DNA of 64,000 bases, taken from NCBI GenBank assembly GCA_048405595.1, contig DBFJOT010000056.1:8085-72084 (forward strand). The letters are read 5' to 3'. The notes below the pieces were generated by a model. That model made no database searches. It worked only from the letters and a program-made list of their open reading frames with translations, and had not been told where the DNA came from. Positions within the stretch are counted from its first letter, which is position 1; the number at the start of each line of letters is the position of its first letter. The stretch is from Candidatus Onthovivens sp. GTDB lineage: Bacteria > Bacillota_I > Bacilli_A > RFN20 > CAG-826. The translations under genes and the position numbers were made by a program. Shown here in pieces: positions 32,547 through 41,576 of the stretch.

Positions 32547-32576
32547 TTGACAAACATTGGGGTGCTTTGATATATT
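32547..32576 (+). promoter_or_regulatory. tRNA operon promoter
   Basis: TTGACA, 18 nt spacer, TATATT with an extended -10 TG, preceded by an AT-rich UP-like tract. About 30 nt before the first tRNA. Confidence 0.6.
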
Positions 32577-32608
32577 ATTAAAGCACGCGTAAGTCGTGTA
32601 TATGGGCC

Positions 32609-32684
32609 GGATGTTTAGCTCAGTTGGGAGAGCATCGCCTTTACACGGCGGAGGTCAGAGGTTCGAGCCCTCTAACATCCACCA
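32609..32684 (+). tRNA. tRNA-Val (anticodon TAC)
   Basis: Hand-folded cloverleaf. Acceptor ggatgtt/aacatcc, anticodon loop tttacac, T-loop ttcgagc, encoded CCA. Confidence 0.93.
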
Positions 32685-32703
32685 GTGCAAAATATATTTA
32701 CCC

Positions 32704-32787
32704 GGGAGGGTAGCGAAGTGGCTAAACGCGGTTGACTGTAAATCAATTCCTTCGGGTTCGGCAGTTCGAATCTGCCCCCTCCCACCA
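32704..32787 (+). tRNA. tRNA-Tyr (anticodon GTA)
   Basis: Acceptor gggaggg/ccctccc, anticodon loop ctgtaaa, long variable arm (type II), encoded CCA. Confidence 0.93.
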
Positions 32788-32795
32788 AATGGTAT

Positions 32796-32871
32796 TGGGG
32801 TGTAGCCAAGAGGTAAGGCAACAGACTTTGACTCTGTCATTCCGCTGGTTCGAGTCCAGCCACCCCAGCCA
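32796..32871 (+). tRNA. tRNA-Gln (anticodon TTG)
   Basis: Acceptor tggggtg/cacccca (U1-A72), anticodon loop ctttgac, encoded CCA. Confidence 0.92.
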
Positions 32872-32881
32872 ATTTACATAT

Positions 32882-32957
32882 GACTCACTAGCTCAGTCGG
32901 TAGAGCACTTGACTTTTAATCAAGGGGTCTGGAGTTCGAATCTCCAGTGAGTCACCA
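32882..32957 (+). tRNA. tRNA-Lys (anticodon TTT)
   Basis: Acceptor gactcac/gtgagtc, anticodon loop cttttaa, T-loop ttcgaat, encoded CCA. Confidence 0.93.
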
Positions 32958-32967
32958 ATCAATTTAT

Positions 32968-33054
32968 GCCCAGGTGGCGGAATAGGTAGACGCGCAGGAC
33001 TTAAAATCCTGTGGTAGCAATACCGTACCGGTTCGATTCCGGTCCCGGGCACCA
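32968..33054 (+). tRNA. tRNA-Leu (anticodon TAA)
   Basis: Type II tRNA. Anticodon loop cttaaaa, long variable arm, T-arm accgg-ttcgatt-ccggt, encoded CCA. One A5.C68 mismatch in the acceptor stem. Confidence 0.9.
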
Positions 33055-33068
33055 AAAATTGCTAAGCT

Positions 33069-33092
33069 AAGTCTCCTAACGGAGACTTTTTT
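33069..33092 (+). terminator. tRNA operon terminator
   Basis: aagtctcc, taac loop, ggagactt, followed by a T-run. Confidence 0.7.
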
Positions 33093-33137
33093 AGTATATT
33101 TCTTGTTTTTATCGAAAAGGTAGTTAAAATATTTCTT

Positions 33138-33410
33138 ATGTATAACGAAGAAACAATTAAGTTAATTAAAAAAACTCTAGAGAAAATTAGACCATTTCTT
33201 CAAAGAGATGGAGGCGATTGCGAATTCGACAGTTTCGAAGATGGAATTGTTTACGTTAAAGTAAGCGGCGCTTGTGAAGGCTGTGCTTTAATCAATGAAG
33301 ATATTGAAAGTGGCGTTGAAGTAATTCTTATGGAAGAAGTTCCTGGAGTTATCGCCGTTAGATTAGCTAGTGATAAAGAAGCAATCCAAGCTGCATTAAA
33401 AAGATTATAG
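33138..33410 (+). CDS. NifU C-terminal-domain (Nfu-type) Fe-S cluster protein
   Basis: 90 aa with IRPFLQRDGGD and GACEGCA (CxxC) motifs. Confidence 0.85.
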   Translation: MYNEETIKLIKKTLEKIRPFLQRDGGDCEFDSFEDGIVYVKVSGACEGCALINEDIESGVEVILMEEVPGVIAVRLASDKEAIQAALKRL

Positions 33411-33414
33411 TAAT

Positions 33415-33466
33415 CAAAAAAACAAGTGATTTCCTTATTTAACTAAGGTAGTCACTTGTTTTTTTA
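33415..33466. terminator. Bidirectional terminator
   Basis: A7-acaagtga ... tcacttgt-T7 with an inner cctta/taagg helix, between convergent genes. Confidence 0.6.
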
Positions 33467-34243
33467 TAATAAAATATTTTCTTTTTTGTTTACGATAATA
33501 TAACCATCTCGATTATAAACATCTTCACGATTATATTTCATTTTTTCACCATTTAACTTTAGGACATATCCACCTGCTTCTTCTACGATAATTGTAAAAG
33601 CAGCTGTATCCCATTCTTTTGTTCCTTGAGTTAAACGATAAGAAATTTCAGCCTTTCCTTCAGCGATTTCACAAGCCTTTATGCTTGATCCTTTTTTAAC
33701 TATATTAGTGATTTTATCTTCATGCTTTTTTATTGTATCTTCTTCAATTTTAGCTAAATGAAAGACACTAGTTAAGCATGTTAAATCACTTGTTTTATCA
33801 CTGACATGTAATTTAGTTATATTGCCGTTTTGGTCAAGTTTAAACGCTCCACCATCTTTTGTTGCGTAATAAATAATATTTTTAGCAGGAAGAGCGACTA
33901 CGCCCATTACAACTTCATGTTTATAACTTAATCCTATGTTACAAGTAAATTCTCCATCTTTATGAACAAAATCTTTTGTTCCATCAAGTGGATCAATAAT
34001 AAAAACATAATCATTTGTTAAGCGGTCTTTATTATCTTCGCTTTCTTCAGTTAAAAAAGCGTATGTAGGAAACAATTTGCCTAAATATTCCCTAATTAAG
34101 ACATCAGTAGTTTTATCTGCTTCAGTTACAGGGCTATCATCTTCTTTTATCTCTGTATGAAATCCATGAACATAATAATTCATAATATTTTTCATAGCAA
34201 CTTTAGCAATTTCTAAACTAGCTTCTAATTCTTTTTCAAACAT
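33464..34243 (-). CDS. Inositol monophosphatase family / CysQ-like 3'(2'),5'-bisphosphate nucleotidase
   Basis: DSPVTEADK, IIDPLDGTKDF and EWDTAA motifs. ATG at 34243 (MFEKE) with SD aggaga preferred over the GTG at 34270. Confidence 0.8.
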   Translation of the reverse strand: MFEKELEASLEIAKVAMKNIMNYYVHGFHTEIKEDDSPVTEADKTTDVLIREYLGKLFPTYAFLTEESEDNKDRLTNDYVFIIDPLDGTKDFVHKDGEFTCNIGLSYKHEVVMGVVALPAKNIIYYATKDGGAFKLDQNGNITKLHVSDKTSDLTCLTSVFHLAKIEEDTIKKHEDKITNIVKKGSSIKACEIAEGKAEISYRLTQGTKEWDTAAFTIIVEEAGGYVLKLNGEKMKYNREDVYNRDGYIIVNKKENILL

Positions 34244-34295
34244 AGAACATTTCTCCTTTAAAAAAGTCACCGCATTCGCGATGACTTATTTTTAA

Positions 34296-35171
34296 CTATT
34301 CAGCTTTTCCGTAGCTTCCGAATTCTTTTAATAATTCAGTAACTTTAGCTTCGATTGCTTCACAGCCAGGTTTTAAGAGTTTTCTTGGGTCAAAACCTTT
34401 CTTTTCTTTATCAAGGTCTTTTCCTGCTTCGAAGTATGTTCTTAATCCTGCAGCGAAAGCTAATTGTAAATCTGTATTGATGTTAACTTTAGAAACACCT
34501 CTTTTAATAGCATCGCGAACCATATCAAATGGGATTCCAGTACCACCATGTAAGACTAATGGTTTTCCGTTAGTTGCAACTTGGATTTCTTGTAATCTAT
34601 CAAGATCTAAACCTTTCCAATCAGCTGGATAAATGCCATGAATGTTTCCAATACCAGCAGCTAAGAAATCAACTCCTAAGTTAGCGATTGTTTTACATTC
34701 TTCTGGATCTGCTTTTTCACCAGCACTTGTAACGCCATCTTCAACTCCGCCGATTCCACCGACTTCACATTCAACTGAAGCGCCTTTTGCGTGAGCCAAA
34801 TCAATAATTTCTTTTGATTTTGCAAGGTTTTCTTCGAATGGATAGTGTGAACCATCAAACATAACTGAAGTAAATCCTGCTTCGATGCAAGCTTTTGCTC
34901 CTTCATATGTACCATGATCTAAGTGTAAAGCGACTGGGACTGTGATACCTAAGAAATCGTAGAGATTTCTAACCATATCAACAACGTTCTTATATCCGCA
35001 CATATATTTACTTGCGCCTTCACTTACTTCTAAAATGACAGGTGCTTTTGCTTTTTCACAAGCAACTAAAATTGATTTTGTCCATTCAAGATTGTTGATA
35101 TTAAATGCACAAATAGCATAGTGACCAGCATGTGCTTTGTTGATCATTTCTGTTGCACTAACTAATGCCAT
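34296..35171 (-). CDS. fba: Class II fructose-bisphosphate aldolase
   Basis: 291 aa with LHLDHG, HGGTG and FNINN blocks. Confidence 0.94.
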   Translation of the reverse strand: MALVSATEMINKAHAGHYAICAFNINNLEWTKSILVACEKAKAPVILEVSEGASKYMCGYKNVVDMVRNLYDFLGITVPVALHLDHGTYEGAKACIEAGFTSVMFDGSHYPFEENLAKSKEIIDLAHAKGASVECEVGGIGGVEDGVTSAGEKADPEECKTIANLGVDFLAAGIGNIHGIYPADWKGLDLDRLQEIQVATNGKPLVLHGGTGIPFDMVRDAIKRGVSKVNINTDLQLAFAAGLRTYFEAGKDLDKEKKGFDPRKLLKPGCEAIEAKVTELLKEFGSYGKAE

Positions 35172-35198
35172 AAAACTATTACCCTCCGTTAATATATA

Positions 35199-35612
35199 TT
35201 ACATCTCTTCTTTTGAAGATGATTCGTAATCACGGTCTTCAGATTCTTCAAGGTCTTCTTCTTCATCAAGTCCTTCAGCTTCGATTTCTTCGTTGTCGAA
35301 TTCTTCAAGGTCTCTATTACCTTTTGTTTCTTCTTCGATATCTGAGTAAACATCGTTCATATCAATATGAACTTTATCATATGTTTGATTTGTTCTTAAA
35401 TCCCATTGGTTGTCTCCAAGGTTAACAAATCTTCCGTCTAATGATAAATTTGTATAAAAATTTGAGATTGCGTCTGCTTTTTGTTCAGGTGTTAATTCTA
35501 ATTTTTCAGCGACATTATTGAATAAATCATTGAATCCAGTAACTGAATTTTTTTGACTTAATACACTATAAGCAACGTCAACCATCGATTCGTTCTTGTA
35601 ATTTTCTTCCAT
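35199..35612 (-). CDS. rpoE: RNA polymerase delta subunit
   Basis: 137 aa. N-terminal HARE-HTH-like domain (SMVDVAYSVL...FYTNLSLDGRF) plus a strongly acidic C-terminal tail. Confidence 0.85.
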   Translation of the reverse strand: MEENYKNESMVDVAYSVLSQKNSVTGFNDLFNNVAEKLELTPEQKADAISNFYTNLSLDGRFVNLGDNQWDLRTNQTYDKVHIDMNDVYSDIEEETKGNRDLEEFDNEEIEAEGLDEEEDLEESEDRDYESSSKEEM

Positions 35613-35663
35613 TTTCTTTTCCTCTTTCGTTATTATAAATAAATCTAAATTAAATTACTATTT

Positions 35664-37103
35664 TTATAAGCGAGAAATACTTTCTTCCTTACCTAAAATA
35701 TCAATAATGTTAAACATTTCAATACCATGCATTGCACCAGTGAGTTTAATTCTTATTGGCATATATAAATCTTTACCTTTGAAACCAGTTTCTTTTTGGA
35801 TTTCTTTGAATAAACCTTTAACATGTTCTTGATCAATGATATCTAGAGCTCTTAGTTTTTCTTTGAATAAAGGAATTACAACTTTTGCACTTTCACTATT
35901 TAAAATAGTTTCTTCTTCCTCGTTAAGTTTTTCTTTTACAACGAAGATGTCATTTAACATTTCAGTAATTTTTGAACCTGTTTCGATTTCATTTTTAAAG
36001 ATTAAACTAATATTTTTTAAATCTTCATCACTAAATCTTTCAGGTAATTCAGCTTTTTTAACAAATGGCATGATAAATTCAAAGTATCTATCATTGTCCA
36101 TATGTTTAATGTAATATTGGTTAGTCCAAAGAAGTCTCTTATTATCAAACATTGAAGGTGAGGCACTTAATCTAGCTGGATCAAATGCTTTGAAAGCTTC
36201 TTCTTTAGTAAAAATTTCTTTATTATCTTCACTAGTCCACCCAAGTAGGAAAAGGAAGTTGAAGATTGCTTCTGGTACATAACCTAAGTCTCTATATTGA
36301 GACATAAATTGTAAAATGTTGTGATCTCTTTTTGATAGCTTTTTACCATTAGGATTAACAATAATGGTCATATGTCCAAATTGAGGTGCTTCCCAACCCA
36401 AATATTCATAAATTTGAAGTTGCTTTGGAGTATTTGATAAATGTTCTTCTCCTCTTAAGACATGTGTGATTTTCATTAAATGATCATCAACAACTACAGC
36501 AAAGTTATATGTTGGGATTCCATTTGATTTCATAATAACGAAATCACCAATGTCATTACTATTAAATGAAACATCACCTCTAACTAAGTCATGGAATTTG
36601 AAGATGTGATTTTCACTCATTTTAATTCTAATTGTTGGTTTACGACCTTCTTTTCTATACTTTTCTTTTTCTTCTTCAGTAAGATTTAAACAATGACGAT
36701 CATATTTGAACGATTTGACACCATTAGCTAATTGATTTTCTTTCATTTCAGCTAATTCTTCTTCACTACAATAACATTCATAAGCAACGCCCATATCAAT
36801 TAATTGTTGAGCATATTTTTTATAAATATCCAATTTTTCAGTTTGTCTATATGGTGCATAAAGTGGATTTGGTTTTTCTGTTGATTCATCAGGAATAATT
36901 CCTAACCAAATCAAATCATTAAGTTGGCTTTCTTCTGCACCAGGGATATTTCTTTCGATATCGGTGTCTTCGATTCTAAAAACAAAGTCACCATCGTATT
37001 TTTTTGCATATAAGTAGTTAAATAAAGCACTTCTAGCTCCGCCAATATGGAGGTAACCCGTTGGTGAAGGTGCATATCTTACTCTAACTTTTTCACTTAT
37101 CAT
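35664..37103 (-). CDS. gltX: Glutamate--tRNA ligase
   Basis: PSPTGYLHIGG (HIGH) and KLSKR motifs. ATG at 37103 with SD ggagga; ATGA overlap with the ispF stop. The TTG at 37130 was rejected. Confidence 0.95.
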   Translation of the reverse strand: MISEKVRVRYAPSPTGYLHIGGARSALFNYLYAKKYDGDFVFRIEDTDIERNIPGAEESQLNDLIWLGIIPDESTEKPNPLYAPYRQTEKLDIYKKYAQQLIDMGVAYECYCSEEELAEMKENQLANGVKSFKYDRHCLNLTEEEKEKYRKEGRKPTIRIKMSENHIFKFHDLVRGDVSFNSNDIGDFVIMKSNGIPTYNFAVVVDDHLMKITHVLRGEEHLSNTPKQLQIYEYLGWEAPQFGHMTIIVNPNGKKLSKRDHNILQFMSQYRDLGYVPEAIFNFLFLLGWTSEDNKEIFTKEEAFKAFDPARLSASPSMFDNKRLLWTNQYYIKHMDNDRYFEFIMPFVKKAELPERFSDEDLKNISLIFKNEIETGSKITEMLNDIFVVKEKLNEEEETILNSESAKVVIPLFKEKLRALDIIDQEHVKGLFKEIQKETGFKGKDLYMPIRIKLTGAMHGIEMFNIIDILGKEESISRL

Positions 37104-37576
37104 TTTTCTTCCTCCAGGAGACATACGCAATAAGCTTCTATTGCTTCTCCTCTTCCTACACTATCCATTTTTTCATTAGTTCCAGCTTTAATCGATACTC
37201 TTGATTTATCGGTATGAAGTAAACTAGCAACTTTTTCGACCATTTCATTAATATATGGTTTGAGTTTTGGTTTTTCGCAACTTATAAATAAATCTAAATT
37301 TCCTAATTTATAACCTTGCTCTTTCATAATTTTATAACAATCTTCTACAAAATAAGTTGAAGGCATATTTTTGTATTTATCATCATTAGGTGGATAGTGT
37401 GTACCTAAATCACCTACATTCATCGCTCCAAATATTGCTTCAACAACTGCGTGAAGTGCGCAATCTCCATCGCTATGTGATTCAAGTCCAAATTCACTAG
37501 GAACTTCAACTCCACAAAGCACTAATTTTTTATTTGGAGTAGTCACGTGTATATCTTTACTAAAACCTATTCTCAT
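37100..37576 (-). CDS. ispF: 2-C-methyl-D-erythritol 2,4-cyclodiphosphate synthase
   Basis: 158 aa with GFSKDIH and HSDGDCALHA motifs. Ends with a TGA stop. Confidence 0.93.
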   Translation of the reverse strand: MRIGFSKDIHVTTPNKKLVLCGVEVPSEFGLESHSDGDCALHAVVEAIFGAMNVGDLGTHYPPNDDKYKNMPSTYFVEDCYKIMKEQGYKLGNLDLFISCEKPKLKPYINEMVEKVASLLHTDKSRVSIKAGTNEKMDSVGRGEAIEAYCVCLLEEEK

Positions 37577-37578
37577 AA

Positions 37579-38682
37579 TTAAACGTTAAATCTAAAGAAG
37601 AAAATGTCGCCATCTTTAGCTAAATATTCTTTACCTTCGATTCTTAATTTTCCAGCTTCTTTTAAAGCAACTTCAGTTTTATATTTTACGATGTCATCGT
37701 AAGTATATGTTTCTGCTTTAATGAATCCTTTTTTGAAATCGGTATGAATAACGCCTGCACAATCAGGAGCAAGCATGCCGTTTTTAAACGTCCAAGCTCT
37801 AACTTCATCAGCTCCAACTGTAAAGAATGTTGATAAATTTAATAAATTGTATGCACTCTTAACTAATTTATCTAAGCCACTAGAAGTAACGCCTAAGCTC
37901 TTTAAGAATTCAGCTTTTTCTTCTTTTGAAACGCTTGATAATTCAGCTTCAATTTCACAACTAATTGGAATGCATTCAGCTTTTTCTTTAGCGGCAAATT
38001 CTTTAACTTGATTGAAGAATTTACAGTTATCAATATCTAACAAATCTTCATCACTAACGTTAGCAACATAAATAATTGGCTTTGCTGATAAGAAATTGAA
38101 GTTTTTGAGTAATCTTTCTTCATCTTCTGAAAAACTTAATCCTCTAATTGAATTTCCAGCTTCAAGTCTTTCTTTAATTTTGTTTAGCATATTAACTTCT
38201 ACAACGCTGTCTTTATCTTTTTGGATTCTAGCTTTATTTCCAATTTTCGCTAAACGATTATTTACTGAATCTAAATCAGCCATAACTAATTCTAAATTGA
38301 TAATTTCAATATCACGAATTGGGTCGACTGTATTTTCAACGTGAATAATTTCACTATTTTCAAAACATCTTACAACTTCAATAATTGCATCAGTATCTCT
38401 AATGTGTGATAAGAATTGGTTTCCGAGACCTTCACCTTTACTGGCACCTTTAACTAATCCAGCGATATCGCAAAATTCAAAAGTTGTATAGATTGTCTTT
38501 TTTGGTTTAAAAATCTCAGTTAATTTATCAACTCTTTCATCAGGAACAATAACTGTTCCAACGTTTGGATTGATTGTCGCAAAAGGATAGTTTGCAGCTT
38601 CAACTGCACTATTTGTAATCGCATTAAAAAGTGTAGATTTTCCAACATTTGGTAATCCAACAATTCCTGCTTTTAATCCCAT
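37579..38682 (-). CDS. ychF: Ribosome-binding ATPase YchF
   Basis: GIVGLPNVGKSTLFNA P-loop and C-terminal TGS/YchF domain. ATG at 38682 with SD ggagga. The upstream extension in the ORF track was rejected. Confidence 0.93.
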   Translation of the reverse strand: MGLKAGIVGLPNVGKSTLFNAITNSAVEAANYPFATINPNVGTVIVPDERVDKLTEIFKPKKTIYTTFEFCDIAGLVKGASKGEGLGNQFLSHIRDTDAIIEVVRCFENSEIIHVENTVDPIRDIEIINLELVMADLDSVNNRLAKIGNKARIQKDKDSVVEVNMLNKIKERLEAGNSIRGLSFSEDEERLLKNFNFLSAKPIIYVANVSDEDLLDIDNCKFFNQVKEFAAKEKAECIPISCEIEAELSSVSKEEKAEFLKSLGVTSSGLDKLVKSAYNLLNLSTFFTVGADEVRAWTFKNGMLAPDCAGVIHTDFKKGFIKAETYTYDDIVKYKTEVALKEAGKLRIEGKEYLAKDGDIFFFRFNV

Positions 38683-38795
38683 AAATACACATCCTCCTAA
38701 AGCGTATTTAATTATTACATAATTAAAGATAAAATTCATCAAAAAGCACGATTAAATGACCATAATTTAGAACATAACTTATTTTATGAAACTTA

Positions 38796-41576
38796 TTAAT
38801 GTAAATTTTCAGATAATTTAATATTTTTAATCTCAAAGTAAGATCCTAAAGTACCAAATAAAGCAATTATAATTGTGATTAATAGATTTAAGAAAATGCT
38901 TAAAGGAGACAATAACAAAAATTCACCAATACCAATCGATGAAGATAAAAATTTACTAATAACTAAAGAAACCACGATTAACGAAAACGAACTCAAAGCA
39001 AAACACGTAATTGAATTAACTAAATTATCGAAAATAAATATCTTGATAATTTCGTTATTTTCAAATCCTAAAACGCTGAAAATAGAAATTTCTTTGCGTG
39101 ATTCAATAGCGTTAATTAGTGTAACAATAAGCATAAGAATAATACTTGAAATTATACTTACTCCACTAAAAGCGATAAGAATATATTTTAAAAATCTAGT
39201 AGATTCTTCAATGCTATTTTCAATCTGCAAAATTGGATTAACAAAAGTGTAATCTGGCATTAATCGCTCAAGTTCTTTTATTGTTTCTTCCGGTATTTTT
39301 TTATTTGTTTCAAAAATTATTGAAGTAGGTATCAAGTTAAAAACTGAAACCTTGAAGAAATCTCTAAATAGAGAAATCGAAAATTCTTTATTTTGATAAA
39401 TTGAAACACTCGTGTCTTCTTTATTAATTCCAACAACTTTTAATTTTATCGTTTCGAAATCATTTGAAACAGTTTCTTCATTTAAAATACTACTTTTTAA
39501 AAGTGAGACATAAAGTTCTTCATTGATTAAATTGTTACTGTTAATCAAATCACTAAATCCTTTGCTCACGATAATTTCATTTGGCTGAAGTTCTTTTTCT
39601 GTGATTTTGAGCTTTAAATTACTTGATGACGGTTTAAATGCGTAACCATCAACGACACCTTCAGGAACTTTAATATTTAGAAATTCTTTTTCATCAACTT
39701 TTGAATGCGCATCTATAATTTCTTCGATGCTATCAATGTTTTTCGCTAAAAAGACAGGACGAGCAAAACCAGTAAAAAGCGATGTTCCATTATTAAAATA
39801 ACCTAAGTTACTTGAAAAATAATAACCGTTAAAATCAAATCCAATATCTTTTAATTCTTTGATTTTATTAATATCTATCGAGTCATGGAAAGCATTAAAA
39901 ACAAATAATTTATTAGTAACTTTTGTATTGTATGAACAAGTTAAAGGTGAATACGTTTTATTATCACTATCGAAAACAAAATCTTTATAATTTTCGTTGT
40001 ATAAAATTTTATTCAAAAAGTAAGTTTGAAATTTTTTTGTGTGTACAAAATATACTTTTCTAAAAGTCCAAGGATATTTTAATGGTGTATCAAATCTATT
40101 TGTGGTTGGAAATCTCATCGATTCTTCAAAAAGGTATTCATTAAAAAGTTGGTTTGAATGATAAACTCTATTTTTAGTATCCATAACAACGGCTTTAAGT
40201 TTAAAAACTTGTTCATCACTATATTGCCAGTCATTATTTTTAACTCTTAACGAGACCATCACATCATTGCTTTGCAAGTACTTTCCTAGGTCTTCAAATG
40301 ACCTTAAAATTTGTAACTCAAGACACAAATTTTTCATCTGCTCATAATTAATTGAAATGACTATTTCATCCATCATGAGTTCAGAATTTAATCTCGGATA
40401 GGAATTGATTTTTCTAACATCAGGAGTATATAAAAATTCATTAAACATTCTGATATTAAACCCACTCATTTTTGCTAACTTTCCACTCTTTAAAAGGTAC
40501 AAATCATTTTCATTAATAAAATAGTTTTCGAAGTCGACTAAATAGTTAACACCATAATAATCTAAGTCATCTTTATAATCATTTAAAAGCCTAACAATAT
40601 CCTTTTTTCCAGATGAATAATAGTCATAAATCATGTTTTTGCAGTCTTTTTTGCTCATAACTATAGTATTTTGATCAACTAAAGACGCAAAAGAATTAGT
40701 AACTGAGTTATGAATTCCACTAGTTAAGCTAATGGATAATCCAGTCGTTAATAATGCTGTTGATAATAAAAAATTTCTTATTAAATTTCTAATTTTTTTC
40801 GCTTTAAATTTATTCTTAAAATGGTCAAATAAAAACTTAATTTTAAGCTTTGCTTTTTTAGTTTTTTCATTAATTTGCATCAAGCAAACATCATCTCTTC
40901 TTGAACTATTATCACCTTTTTCAACGACTATATTTTTATTAGAAATTCTCAGAATATATTCGCTATATTTTTTAGCTAAAATTTCATCATGAGTAACACA
41001 AATTACTAAAACATCTTTCGATATCGTCCTTAAGATTTCAAAAATATTTTTAGAGTTTTCGATGTCTAAAGCTCCGGTTGGCTCATCACAAAAAATTACT
41101 TTAGGTGAAGAAATTAAAGCTCTAGCAATTGCTACGCGTTGTTTCTCTCCTCCGCTTAACTTTTTAACATATTCATTTTTAAGTTTTTCAATATCAAGTA
41201 ATTTTAAAACTTCATTAGTTTTTCTTTCTTTAAATTCGTTACTAAGGTTAGTAGATGAATTTATCATAATCATTACATTATTCTTAACTGTATCATCTTC
41301 TAATAAATTAAAGTTTTGAAAAATATAAGCAAAATTATTTGCCTTCAGAGATAGTTTTTCTTTCTTTGAATATGACTTAACATTTATCTCATTTAAGGAA
41401 TATACACCTTCATATTTTTCATCTAAAAAAGAAAGAATATTTAAAAGCGTAGTTTTACCACTTCCGCTTTTTCCTACAAGAGTATAAAAGCCTTTTTCTT
41501 TAAATTCAAAATTTAAATTCTTAAAGATTATTTGTTCACCAAAATTTTTATTTAAATCTTCTAATTTAATAATCAT
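38796..41576 (-). CDS. Fused ABC ATPase + FtsX-type permease (MacB architecture) with a very large extracytoplasmic domain
   Basis: 926 aa. Walker [39 protein letters not shown]. One TM helix, a ~500-aa hydrophilic domain, then 3 C-terminal TM helices with SRKEISIFSVLGF. Confidence 0.85.
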   Translation of the reverse strand: MIIKLEDLNKNFGEQIIFKNLNFEFKEKGFYTLVGKSGSGKTTLLNILSFLDEKYEGVYSLNEINVKSYSKKEKLSLKANNFAYIFQNFNLLEDDTVKNNVMIMINSSTNLSNEFKERKTNEVLKLLDIEKLKNEYVKKLSGGEKQRVAIARALISSPKVIFCDEPTGALDIENSKNIFEILRTISKDVLVICVTHDEILAKKYSEYILRISNKNIVVEKGDNSSRRDDVCLMQINEKTKKAKLKIKFLFDHFKNKFKAKKIRNLIRNFLLSTALLTTGLSISLTSGIHNSVTNSFASLVDQNTIVMSKKDCKNMIYDYYSSGKKDIVRLLNDYKDDLDYYGVNYLVDFENYFINENDLYLLKSGKLAKMSGFNIRMFNEFLYTPDVRKINSYPRLNSELMMDEIVISINYEQMKNLCLELQILRSFEDLGKYLQSNDVMVSLRVKNNDWQYSDEQVFKLKAVVMDTKNRVYHSNQLFNEYLFEESMRFPTTNRFDTPLKYPWTFRKVYFVHTKKFQTYFLNKILYNENYKDFVFDSDNKTYSPLTCSYNTKVTNKLFVFNAFHDSIDINKIKELKDIGFDFNGYYFSSNLGYFNNGTSLFTGFARPVFLAKNIDSIEEIIDAHSKVDEKEFLNIKVPEGVVDGYAFKPSSSNLKLKITEKELQPNEIIVSKGFSDLINSNNLINEELYVSLLKSSILNEETVSNDFETIKLKVVGINKEDTSVSIYQNKEFSISLFRDFFKVSVFNLIPTSIIFETNKKIPEETIKELERLMPDYTFVNPILQIENSIEESTRFLKYILIAFSGVSIISSIILMLIVTLINAIESRKEISIFSVLGFENNEIIKIFIFDNLVNSITCFALSSFSLIVVSLVISKFLSSSIGIGEFLLLSPLSIFLNLLITIIIALFGTLGSYFEIKNIKLSENLH

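Noticed and set aside
32596-32950. Three 61-72 aa ORFs overlapping the tRNA cluster.
   Set aside because: The region folds into five canonical tRNAs with encoded CCA ends, so the ORFs are chance frames through GC-richer tRNA DNA.
37104-37130. N-terminal extensions in the ORF track that start at TTG or GTG: gltX 37130, ychF 38742, ABC 43639, ABC ATPase 54375, typA 48864, HAD 29026, IMPase 34270, methyltransferase 18270, secE 21506.
   Set aside because: In each case an in-frame ATG a few codons downstream has a GGAGG-type SD at the correct spacing and restores the conserved N-terminus. The extensions overlap upstream genes or include the SD itself.
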